Below are positions 32,603 to 41,073 of a DNA stretch of 55,274 bases, one piece after another. The notes below the pieces were generated by a model. The model had not been told where the DNA came from. It saw only the letters and a program-made list of their open reading frames with translations, and made no database searches. Source of the DNA: Candidatus Omnitrophota bacterium (lineage in GTDB: Bacteria > Omnitrophota > Gorgyraeia > Zapsychrales > Zapsychraceae); the NCBI GenBank assembly GCA_015233495.1, contig JADFXQ010000001.1, forward strand, positions 132,045-187,318, in the 5' to 3' direction. The position numbers and the translations under genes were made by a program. Each line of letters starts with the position of its first letter. The first letter of the stretch is position 1.

Positions 32603-34132
32603 ATGCTCGCCAAAACATTTGCCTACGGAATCAACGGATTAGACGCTTATCCGGTCACCATTGAAATCGACTCCGGCCGCGGTCTTCCCGGCACCACCAT
32701 TGTCGGATTGCCGGACAATTCTATCCGCGAAAGCCGGGATCGCGTGTGGACCGCGCTTAAAAACAGCGGTTTTACTTTTCCCACGCATAAAACAACCATC
32801 AATCTTTCCCCCGCGGACTTAAAAAAAGAAGGCGCGCATTATGATTTGGCGATCGCCGTCGGATTGTTAGCCGCCAATGCCGTGATCCCTGTTGAAATGG
32901 CGCGGCAATTCCCGTTGATCGGCGAATTATCTTTAGACGGACAAATCAAATCCGTGTCCGGAACATTATCCATGGCCATGGCCGCTCTTAACGAAGCTCA
33001 AACCGGTCTCATTGTCCCGTTTCCCAATGCCGCGGAAGCCGCGATGCTTAACCGCGTCTCGATTTATCCCGTGAAAACCTTGGCGGAAACCGTCGCTTTT
33101 TTATTAGATCCGTCCCTCATCCCGGCCCAGCGCGCTTCGCCCCTCTGCCCCGGACCCGCGGCAAATTGGGAAATCGATTTTCAAGAAGTGAAAGGGCAAT
33201 CTTACGTCAAACGCGGCTTGGAAATCGCCGCGGCGGGCGGGCATAATATCATTCTCATCGGTCCGCCCGGCAGCGGTAAAAGTATGCTCGCCAAACGGCT
33301 GCCCACCATTTTGCCGGATATGACCCCGGAAGAAACTTTAGAAACCACGCGCATCCACTCGGCAATGGGACTGCTGCCTCTGGGACAAAGCTGGCTGGCT
33401 AACCGGCCGTTTCGCTCGCCGCATCACACCTCTTCCGACATCGCGATCGTTGGCGGCGGGTCCATCCCCCGGCCCGGCGAAGTCACCTTAAGCCACAATG
33501 GCGTGCTATTTTTAGACGAATTTCCGGAATTTCGGCGTCCGGTTTTAGAATCCCTGCGCCAGCCGCTCGAAGACCGCAACGTGACAATCGCGCGGGCCCT
33601 GCGCTCGATCCGTTTTCCCGCGAATTTTATGCTAATCGCGGCGATGAACCCCTGCCCCTGCGGCTTCTTCACTGACCCGCAAAAAGAATGCCGCTGCTCA
33701 TCCATCCAAGTCCAACGCTATCTGTCCCGAATTTCCGGGCCGCTGCTGGACCGCATCGATGTCCATATACCAGTCAGCGCCTTGCGTACCGCGGAATTAC
33801 TCAACGCTCCCGCGGCAGAAACTTCCGCGCAAATCAAACAGCGGACCGTTGCCGCGCGTCAACGCCAGCAAGAAAGATTTCAAGGAACCAACCTTTATAC
33901 CAACGCGCAAATGACCGGCAAACAAATCACGTTCTTTTGCTCCTTGAAACAAGACAGCCGAGATCTCTTGAACCAAGCGATCGAGGAATTGAAATTATCC
34001 GCCCGGGCTTATGACAAAATTCTGAAAATCAGCCGGACTATCGCTGATCTGGACGGCGCGGCAGACATTTTACCGCCGCACCTCGCGGAAGCGATCCAAT
34101 ACCGGAGTTTAGACCGCAACTGGTGGGGATAA
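32603..34132 (+). CDS. comM: YifB/ComM family Mg-chelatase-like AAA+ ATPase
   Basis: IVGLPD, INLSPADLKKEG..YDL, IGPPGSGKSMLA, PFRSPHH, GVLFLDE.PEF, AAMNPCPCG and ISGPLLDR motifs. Confidence 0.95.
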   Translation: MLAKTFAYGINGLDAYPVTIEIDSGRGLPGTTIVGLPDNSIRESRDRVWTALKNSGFTFPTHKTTINLSPADLKKEGAHYDLAIAVGLLAANAVIPVEMARQFPLIGELSLDGQIKSVSGTLSMAMAALNEAQTGLIVPFPNAAEAAMLNRVSIYPVKTLAETVAFLLDPSLIPAQRASPLCPGPAANWEIDFQEVKGQSYVKRGLEIAAAGGHNIILIGPPGSGKSMLAKRLPTILPDMTPEETLETTRIHSAMGLLPLGQSWLANRPFRSPHHTSSDIAIVGGGSIPRPGEVTLSHNGVLFLDEFPEFRRPVLESLRQPLEDRNVTIARALRSIRFPANFMLIAAMNPCPCGFFTDPQKECRCSSIQVQRYLSRISGPLLDRIDVHIPVSALRTAELLNAPAAETSAQIKQRTVAARQRQQERFQGTNLYTNAQMTGKQITFFCSLKQDSRDLLNQAIEELKLSARAYDKILKISRTIADLDGAADILPPHLAEAIQYRSLDRNWWG

Positions 34133-34276
34133 ATATTCCCGGTTGTGTTTAACGCCATCCGTAAACTGCTTGCCGGGCCGGAGCGGCCGCGAAAACCAAA
34201 ACTTCCCTTCGGCTTTCCCGCGCTCAAATTAAAAACGGCAACCCGGCAAACCATGCTTCCGGAAGGAAATTCCCCC

Positions 34277-36247
34277 TTACGTCCGCAGGAGCCGCTCAAC
34301 CTCCCGCATCACCTCTTGCGTCGAAATATCCCGCAAGCAGGCGTTATCCCGTTCGCAGTCTTTTAAACGAAAACGAAAATAACAAGGCCGGCAGGGCAGC
34401 GGCTTAGTCATGTAAATATGCCGCTGCGGAACAAACGGAAACATCCCATAAACCCGCTCGTCCACCGGACCGAAGAAGGCGATGATTTTTTTTCCAAAAG
34501 CGTCGGCAAAACGCAGCAATCCCGTATCATTGCTGATAAACAAATCACAGCGGTCCACCAAAGCGATCACCCGCTCCAAAGATTCATTCAGCAAAATTTT
34601 GCAGGATTCCGGGTGCCGCAAATTGGCAATGATCTTTTCTGTTTCCGCCGCGTCTTTGCTCCCCCCGAACAGAAAAACTTTCGCGTTTTTCTCCTGGATC
34701 AACGCGTCGATCAGCTCGGCAAATTTTGCCGCGGGCCAGCGTTTCCGATAAAATTTTTCTCCCCAGGTCTCGCCGCCAAACGGCGCTACGCCGATCACCG
34801 CTTCCCGGCCGGAGGCAAACCCGCGGCAGCATTCCCGCGCCCATAAACGCGTCTGCGCGTTGGTATAAATTTCCAACTGAGTCTTCTCCGGAACCTGCCC
34901 CAAAATATGCAGCAAATCCAAATAATATTCCGCGACATGTTTGTCGTCAAAACCGTAGATGGATAATTTTTTGTTTAAAAAAAGCCCGCGCCGTTTATAA
35001 TCCAGGCCTACCCGCCGGGGAATGCCGGCCGCGAGAGCCACCATGCCAAAAAACACATTCAAAGACAAATCAACGGCCAGATCGATTTTCCGGCGGCGTA
35101 TGGATTTGATGAATGATAAATAGTTTCCAGCCCAAGCGAAAACCGATTTGGTTTTTAACGCTAAAAACGCGTCCCGCTCGTAGATAAACATCTGATCGAT
35201 CAGCGGGTTATCCCGCAGGATCGGTTCGGTGCGTTTGTTGCAAAGATAATGAATCTTGGCGGCAGGAAAAATCCGGTGCAAATTGCGGATCAGGGGCGTT
35301 GAAAAAATAACGTCTCCGATCCCGTAGGGGTTCATGATGAGAATAGACCGCGGCGCGGTCACCGCCGGCGTTTTCCGCAGCCAGCGCAAGTCCCATCCAT
35401 CCACCCACGCCTGAAAAAGTTTGCGCAGTACCCGGGTGTTAAACCGGTCGACGGACCAGGCCTGGTTCAGCCACGCCAAAGCTTTGCGCGGCTGACCGAC
35501 GCGCAAAAAATCTTTTCCCGCTACGTAATAAAAATCACTCAAAAATTTCTTGTCCACGCTCATCTGCGGCAGCCATTTTTCCAATATCCGCTGCCGGGTC
35601 GGCTCTACGAACAAAGACGGGACTCGTCCTTCGGGCAAATTATGAACATGAATAACCTGCAGCGCTTCATTGTAATAATATACCGGGACCTGCCGCGCGG
35701 CGCGGGCAAAAAAATCCAAATCTTCTAACGTGCGTAAAACCTCGTCAAATAGCCCGACTTTTTCCAAACAAGCGCGCGACAACATCCAACTCGGCGGGCC
35801 GTTGAATAAGGACGCGGGAAATTTTTGTCCCACCGTCACGTACCCCGACGGAATTTCCATCGGGAAGATCAAACGGCGTTCGCGGCTTTGCTCCCAGTAA
35901 TTCGTAAAAATCAACCCCGGCTGCGGCGACAATTCGGAAAACAACCGCGCCTGTTTCGCCAGCTTTCCGGGAAGAAATTCATCATCCGAATCCAAAAAAG
36001 CGATGAGTTCGCCCCGGGCCAGCCGCAAACCCGCGTTGCGCGCGGCTGACACCCCGCTCGTCACGGCCAAACGGTGGTACCGCACTCGGCTGTCGCAAAT
36101 GGCCGCCAGCGTCGATTCGGTGTTGTCGGTGGAACCGTCATCGACAACAATCAACTCTAAATCCACGCCCTCCTGCATCAGAACACTGCGGACCGCGCGG
36201 ACCAGCATCGAAGCCCGGTTATATGTGGGGATAATGACACTGATCAT
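34277..36247 (-). CDS. GT2 glycosyltransferase fused to a GT9 heptosyltransferase-like domain
   Basis: N-terminal SVIIPTYNR, VVDDGSTD and AFLDSDD motifs. C-terminal GIGDVI..TP, KRWP and FISNDTG motifs. Start ATG 36247 overlaps the upstream stop (ATGA). Confidence 0.9.
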   Translation of the reverse strand: MISVIIPTYNRASMLVRAVRSVLMQEGVDLELIVVDDGSTDNTESTLAAICDSRVRYHRLAVTSGVSAARNAGLRLARGELIAFLDSDDEFLPGKLAKQARLFSELSPQPGLIFTNYWEQSRERRLIFPMEIPSGYVTVGQKFPASLFNGPPSWMLSRACLEKVGLFDEVLRTLEDLDFFARAARQVPVYYYNEALQVIHVHNLPEGRVPSLFVEPTRQRILEKWLPQMSVDKKFLSDFYYVAGKDFLRVGQPRKALAWLNQAWSVDRFNTRVLRKLFQAWVDGWDLRWLRKTPAVTAPRSILIMNPYGIGDVIFSTPLIRNLHRIFPAAKIHYLCNKRTEPILRDNPLIDQMFIYERDAFLALKTKSVFAWAGNYLSFIKSIRRRKIDLAVDLSLNVFFGMVALAAGIPRRVGLDYKRRGLFLNKKLSIYGFDDKHVAEYYLDLLHILGQVPEKTQLEIYTNAQTRLWARECCRGFASGREAVIGVAPFGGETWGEKFYRKRWPAAKFAELIDALIQEKNAKVFLFGGSKDAAETEKIIANLRHPESCKILLNESLERVIALVDRCDLFISNDTGLLRFADAFGKKIIAFFGPVDERVYGMFPFVPQRHIYMTKPLPCRPCYFRFRLKDCERDNACLRDISTQEVMREVERLLRT

Positions 36248-37593
36248 GACGGTAATTTCCGCGACAGCACTACTACCAGCGCGCTCAACAGCCAAAACAA
36301 AATGTTCAATTGCGCTGAATAAAATCCCGTGTCAAAAAAATCCATAATTAAAAAAGCCGCCAGCGCTGACCGTGCGCCGGTCAAAAGCAAATCCGCCCGC
36401 TCTTCTCCGTCGGGTTTGCACCGGTAGAACAGCGAAAAAATCAAACCCAGAAAAATAACACAACCGGGAATGCCGATTTCCGCGGCGGTTTGCAAATAAG
36501 TGTTATGCGCCTTATATCCCCAATACCAGCGTTTGGTTTTATCAAACTTTTTGACCGCTTGCGTATAGGTGTTTAGCCCGGAACCGGCGAGCGGGCGCTG
36601 GCGAATCACGGTCGCGGCTTCCCGCCAGAACATTTCCCGTCCGTGCAAATCGAATAAGCTTACCCGGTCTTTCATCGGCGGCAGGGTTCCGGCGGAAAAA
36701 GGGACCGCGTCAACTTCCGCCGCAGAAGCCCCGGATACGGGAACAGCGGCTTGATAACGGACCTTTAAGGACAAAGGCAAAAATACCATTAAAAAAATCA
36801 AAGTCATTCCCAGCCCCAACAAACAGCGGCGGGGTTTAACGCAGCACCAGATCCCGATCATCGCCAAAAAAGCGAACCACGCCCCGCGCGAGAATGTCAT
36901 GCCCAGATTGATGAAAGACAAAACCGTGCTGATCAATAAAAAAACCCAAAGCATCCGCTCCGGGCCCAACCGGACGTTAATCGGATTGCGGGAAAAAATT
37001 TTTTTTGACGAATAAAAGGTCAAAAGCGCCAGGGAAATAAAAATTTCGACGAGTAAATACGATCCGAAATTATTCGGATGTCCCAAACATGACCCGACCC
37101 GCCCTTCCATCAACGGCCGTCCCCGCAAAAAATCTTTTCCGGTAAAAAACTGCGCCAGACCGGAGAGGTTAACGCATAAACCGGACAACCCGCCGCAAAA
37201 CAAAAAACTCCCCAGCCGACTTGCCGGACCCATCACTTCGATGAACGCGAAAAACAATAAACTGCGTTCCACAACTTTACAGCCCAAAGCCGACCAGCTG
37301 CGTCCGGGAATGATGCTGAACACGGCGGAAACAAAACACGCCCAAAAAAATAGCGCTAACCAAAAATTCCGGCCCGTATCCGGCGGGCGCACTGCCGCGT
37401 AAAACCTTTGCCAACGCTCTTTCCCCGGTAAACCGCGGGCTCCTATGCCGCTGCCCGAGAGACGGACGATCCGTTTTAACAAAAAGAAAAAAACCGCCAA
37501 CCCCATAAAAACTTCCGCTAACGCCAAGGAAATCGGCAGAAAAAAAATCAGCGCTCCTAACGCGCCGCAAATCAATAAATCAAATGGTTGCAT
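36244..37593 (-). CDS. O-antigen ligase / Wzy_C family membrane protein (possible oligosaccharyltransferase)
   Basis: Multiple TM helices with HPNNFG.YL, TFSRGAW, R..FW......I...PL.G.G and AHNTYLQ..AE.GI.G motifs. Confidence 0.88.
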   Translation of the reverse strand: MQPFDLLICGALGALIFFLPISLALAEVFMGLAVFFFLLKRIVRLSGSGIGARGLPGKERWQRFYAAVRPPDTGRNFWLALFFWACFVSAVFSIIPGRSWSALGCKVVERSLLFFAFIEVMGPASRLGSFLFCGGLSGLCVNLSGLAQFFTGKDFLRGRPLMEGRVGSCLGHPNNFGSYLLVEIFISLALLTFYSSKKIFSRNPINVRLGPERMLWVFLLISTVLSFINLGMTFSRGAWFAFLAMIGIWCCVKPRRCLLGLGMTLIFLMVFLPLSLKVRYQAAVPVSGASAAEVDAVPFSAGTLPPMKDRVSLFDLHGREMFWREAATVIRQRPLAGSGLNTYTQAVKKFDKTKRWYWGYKAHNTYLQTAAEIGIPGCVIFLGLIFSLFYRCKPDGEERADLLLTGARSALAAFLIMDFFDTGFYSAQLNILFWLLSALVVVLSRKLPS

Positions 37594-37636
37594 ATCGATC
37601 CCCCATTAAAGATCCCGCCGTCAGGGTTCTTTTACC

Positions 37637-38815
37637 TCAAAAATACAGCCGGCCGTACCACCCGATCTCGTCCATCAATGCCCAAAGACAAATCCCCCAA
37701 GTGTAAGCGCTCATGATGCAATACATTGTTCTGCACTGCCGCAGATCTTCTAAAGCCCAGGCCAAATAATAGCAGACAAAAGGCGCGAAGAACAATGTCA
37801 ACCGCTCGCCGGTAAACGGATATTTATGGAAAATACCCAAAACAAAAAGCGCAGCAAAAACGAGCAGTCCCAGCGATTCTACTCGGTTAACCGTAAACCC
37901 GTTGGCTTTGAAAGCGTTCCAGCCGCGACGGAACAACGTGTAATATGCTAAAGCCACAAACGGACTAGCGGCCCGCGGCAAGGCCTTGGTCGTCCCCCAC
38001 CAGGCGGTCGCCAGACGTTTGGCGCCCTCGCCGAACGACGATAAAAATCCGCCTAAGGAATCGACGCGCACAAAATAACTATGCCAATAATCCAGGCCGG
38101 GCGTGGTAATGGAAAAACGCAAATCGATCCAATAAAAACAAACCGAAACCGCCAAAAACGATACCGCGGCATAAAAAAATAAAGACGCGTCTTGTTGACG
38201 GATGAATTTTTTCCAAAGCAAATGAGCCGGAACAATCCAGGCAAAAATCAGCGCGGCGTAAGAAAAAAACATTAAAAACGGCAGAGCAACGACCCACAAC
38301 AACTCTTGCCGCGGCGCCGGCGCCCCCGGATTTTTCCAGCGTAAAAAATAAAGCGCGTAAAGCGCCGCTGCCAGCACATCCATCGAGTAGGGTTTAAGCT
38401 CCGCGGCGTAATAAGTCAGACGATAACTCGCGACAAATAACAATCCGGCAGTCAAACGCGCGGATAAACTCGGCAATTCCCGCCGGTAAATACCGATCCA
38501 TAACCCTGCCGCGCCGATCATACAGAGAAAAGACGGAAATCGCAAAGCCACGGCGGAAAAATGAAACAACCCGGCGGTGTATTTGATCAAAGCCAGATAA
38601 ATCCGCGGAAAAGACTGCACCGGATCCAAAACTTTAAACAACCGGCCGTAAGAATGCCAGCCGATGTTGCGATAAACATACCATTCATCTTCCCAAAGAT
38701 GCCGGTTCGAGAAAAGATGCGCGGCCGCGATGAGCAAAAAAATCCCCCCCAGCGCGCCCATCCCCCAAAGCTCTGATTCCCGATCCTTTGGCTTAGACAA
38801 ATCTTTAGCCGGCAT
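37637..38815 (-). CDS. Integral membrane GT-C-like glycosyltransferase
   Basis: LW.DE after TM1, ALRFPS and YYAAELKPYS motifs, with many TM segments. Confidence 0.7.
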   Translation of the reverse strand: MPAKDLSKPKDRESELWGMGALGGIFLLIAAAHLFSNRHLWEDEWYVYRNIGWHSYGRLFKVLDPVQSFPRIYLALIKYTAGLFHFSAVALRFPSFLCMIGAAGLWIGIYRRELPSLSARLTAGLLFVASYRLTYYAAELKPYSMDVLAAALYALYFLRWKNPGAPAPRQELLWVVALPFLMFFSYAALIFAWIVPAHLLWKKFIRQQDASLFFYAAVSFLAVSVCFYWIDLRFSITTPGLDYWHSYFVRVDSLGGFLSSFGEGAKRLATAWWGTTKALPRAASPFVALAYYTLFRRGWNAFKANGFTVNRVESLGLLVFAALFVLGIFHKYPFTGERLTLFFAPFVCYYLAWALEDLRQCRTMYCIMSAYTWGICLWALMDEIGWYGRLYF

Positions 38816-39989
38816 CTCTGATCCTTTTTCGCCATTCCCAAAACCCGTACCATCCCGAAGCCGATACGATGGCCATCAACGGGACCACCGGCGCGCGAAA
38901 GCGCGGACCGCCCCATAAAGCTCCGCCCAGCGTCGCCGCGTAAAAATACCCGATCAGCAAAAGCACAAACCACCTGCGCGGGTCTTTTCCCACCCGGAAC
39001 AAACCTAAGATAAATCCCGCAAACACCAGAGCCAGAAACGGATAAGCATAGCATTGTCCCAACCTGGTGAGTGGTTTACATCCCCAATATTTAAACGACA
39101 ACGGTTGGGTAAACAACCCCAAAGTAGCGCGCGCCGTCACACTGATATAATAAACAACCGGGCCCCTGCCAGCCGTCTGCGGATCCTGCAGGCGCATATA
39201 ATCCCTGCCATAACTTTTATAAATGCCGCTGATTTGGCTCGTCGCGCCTTCGATGGTGCTGAATCTTATGTCGTTCAACTGGATATGATTTCGATATTGC
39301 CATAAGCCTAATAGGCTATAAACCAAAGCGAAAAATAGCAATGCCTGTCCCAGGCCTTTGAGCCAAAACCTCCAGCCCTGGATCAGAAGAATGAATACCG
39401 CGACAAATCCGCCCAAATAAAAAACTATGGGCCGGATATAAACCGCGGCAGATAATACCAAAGCCGCGCTAAACAAATCCCGAGTTTTTCTCTGCTGCAC
39501 ATAACGTAAAAACAGCCGGACAAATAACGTGAACAAAAATATAAACAAAGTCTCGGACATAATCATCAAGGACGATACCATGATCGTCGGGTCGAACAAG
39601 ACCAACAACCCGGCAGGAGGTCCTAAACGGCTTTCGATCCGTCCGGCTATCTGCGAGGTCAGCCAAGCTGTGCCTAAGCTCAAAAGGATCTGCGCCAGAA
39701 TCACGCCGGAGTACGGCAGACGGCACCAGCCGTTTAATACCGCGATAAACAACGGATAACCCGGAGTACGGTACTGTTCATAACGGAAACTTTTGCCATT
39801 GTCTTGGGGGATCGCGAAAACCCCTTCTTGCGCGATCATCCCGGCGCTTTGCATATACAATAAAGAATCATTTTCAAATTTGCCTTGCGGGGCGTAAACA
39901 GACGTGAAAATCCAGAGGCCGAGTTTGATTAAAACTGCCGCGGCAATTAAACAATAAAATAATTTTTTTCGCATGGGTGAGTTTGCCAT
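38805..39989 (-). CDS. ArnT/PMT (GT39/GT83)-like membrane glycosyltransferase
   Basis: ENDS..Y, RTPGYPLF, MSETLF, YIRP and RFRAPV motifs, with many TM segments. Confidence 0.75.
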   Translation of the reverse strand: MANSPMRKKLFYCLIAAAVLIKLGLWIFTSVYAPQGKFENDSLLYMQSAGMIAQEGVFAIPQDNGKSFRYEQYRTPGYPLFIAVLNGWCRLPYSGVILAQILLSLGTAWLTSQIAGRIESRLGPPAGLLVLFDPTIMVSSLMIMSETLFIFLFTLFVRLFLRYVQQRKTRDLFSAALVLSAAVYIRPIVFYLGGFVAVFILLIQGWRFWLKGLGQALLFFALVYSLLGLWQYRNHIQLNDIRFSTIEGATSQISGIYKSYGRDYMRLQDPQTAGRGPVVYYISVTARATLGLFTQPLSFKYWGCKPLTRLGQCYAYPFLALVFAGFILGLFRVGKDPRRWFVLLLIGYFYAATLGGALWGGPRFRAPVVPLMAIVSASGWYGFWEWRKRIRDAG

Positions 39990-40007
39990 CCTATAGCTTC
40001 CGGCAGG

Positions 40008-40451
40008 CTAATTGCATCCGTTCCCATTCGCCTGGCAAGTCGGACAAGTTCCCGCGGCTAAGCAATAGATAGCGCCGGAACCAAGCGCGACATTTTGCGT
40101 ATCCATGATTAAAGACCAACCCGTGCCATTGGCCCGGCAGGTCTCTTGGTCAACACCGACGGAAGAACACTGAAAGGTGATTTTCGCGGGGACCAGATAC
40201 AACCCTAAAGCGTTATTAATGGCGTTCAAATCGCCTAAATCTCCCACTTGATAGGTCCCGCTTTTCGCGCGGTGCAGCTGCAGAGCTTCCCAGATCATTT
40301 TTAAATGCGAAATCGCCTGTTTTTCATCCGTGCGATTGATGGTCTTGACAAAACTCGGAATGCCAAAAGCAATGATCATGCCGATCAAAATGATCACCAC
40401 CAGCACCTCTGTCAAAGTGAATCCGCGGGACGCGCTCTTTAAGGAATTCAT
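40008..40451 (-). CDS. Type IV pilin-like protein
   Basis: Prepilin motif RG|FTLTEVLVVIILIGMIIAFGIP and Cys-rich C-terminus. AAGGAG RBS before ATG 40451. Confidence 0.9.
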   Translation of the reverse strand: MNSLKSASRGFTLTEVLVVIILIGMIIAFGIPSFVKTINRTDEKQAISHLKMIWEALQLHRAKSGTYQVGDLGDLNAINNALGLYLVPAKITFQCSSVGVDQETCRANGTGWSLIMDTQNVALGSGAIYCLAAGTCPTCQANGNGCN

Positions 40452-40471
40452 AATCTCCTTCCACCGGCTGA

Positions 40472-40939
40472 CTACCAATCCGCCCGGAATCCCAATTGCC
40501 GGCATAAAACGGCGTTACAGCCGCCAACGCCGTTGGCTCCGCCTTGGCAGACAACGCGTCCATCCGGCAAAACATATAACGTATAACGGTTGTCCTTTTC
40601 TGCCAATTTGGCCAGCCATTTTTGATTTGTCCCAGTACCCGGCGACGGGCATTGAATATCCGTGGCTCCGGCCCCGTTCAAATCTATGCTTGCAAAATGT
40701 TTCGGCGCCGGGATATCAATATCGAGATCCGTGATCGCTTGGCCGTAGCCTCCGGTTTGCCGAAAATGATCGAGCTGAGCGTCGAGCACGGAAAGCAAAA
40801 GTTGCCTCGCCTCGCGCGTTTTCGTCCGCTCAAAATAAATTTGATACGTCGGGACGCCAATTGCCGCGAAAATACTTAAAATAATTATCACCACCAAAAT
40901 TTCCGCGAAAGTAAATCCGATTTTTTGTGTGTTGCTCAT
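40472..40939 (-). CDS. Type IV pilin-like protein (PilE-like)
   Basis: Prepilin motif IG|FTFAEILVVIIILSIFAAIGVP.Y, EA...L......Q..H....G.Y and C-terminal cysteines. Start placed at ATG 40939. Confidence 0.9.
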   Translation of the reverse strand: MSNTQKIGFTFAEILVVIIILSIFAAIGVPTYQIYFERTKTREARQLLLSVLDAQLDHFRQTGGYGQAITDLDIDIPAPKHFASIDLNGAGATDIQCPSPGTGTNQKWLAKLAEKDNRYTLYVLPDGRVVCQGGANGVGGCNAVLCRQLGFRADW

Positions 40940-41073
40940 ACCTTTCCCGATTGCGCTATTATTCCCCAAATTTACCCGGCCGCTGGCGGCAGTATAACAT
41001 TCCCCGCAGCTGCCAGCATCAATTTTTATCAGAATGGACAGGCCCAAAAAACTGTGCTATAAATTGTGCCGTT

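Noticed and set aside
34145..34366. 73-aa plus-strand ORF after comM
   Set aside because: Overlaps the 3' end of the convergent glycosyltransferase and has no recognisable motif.
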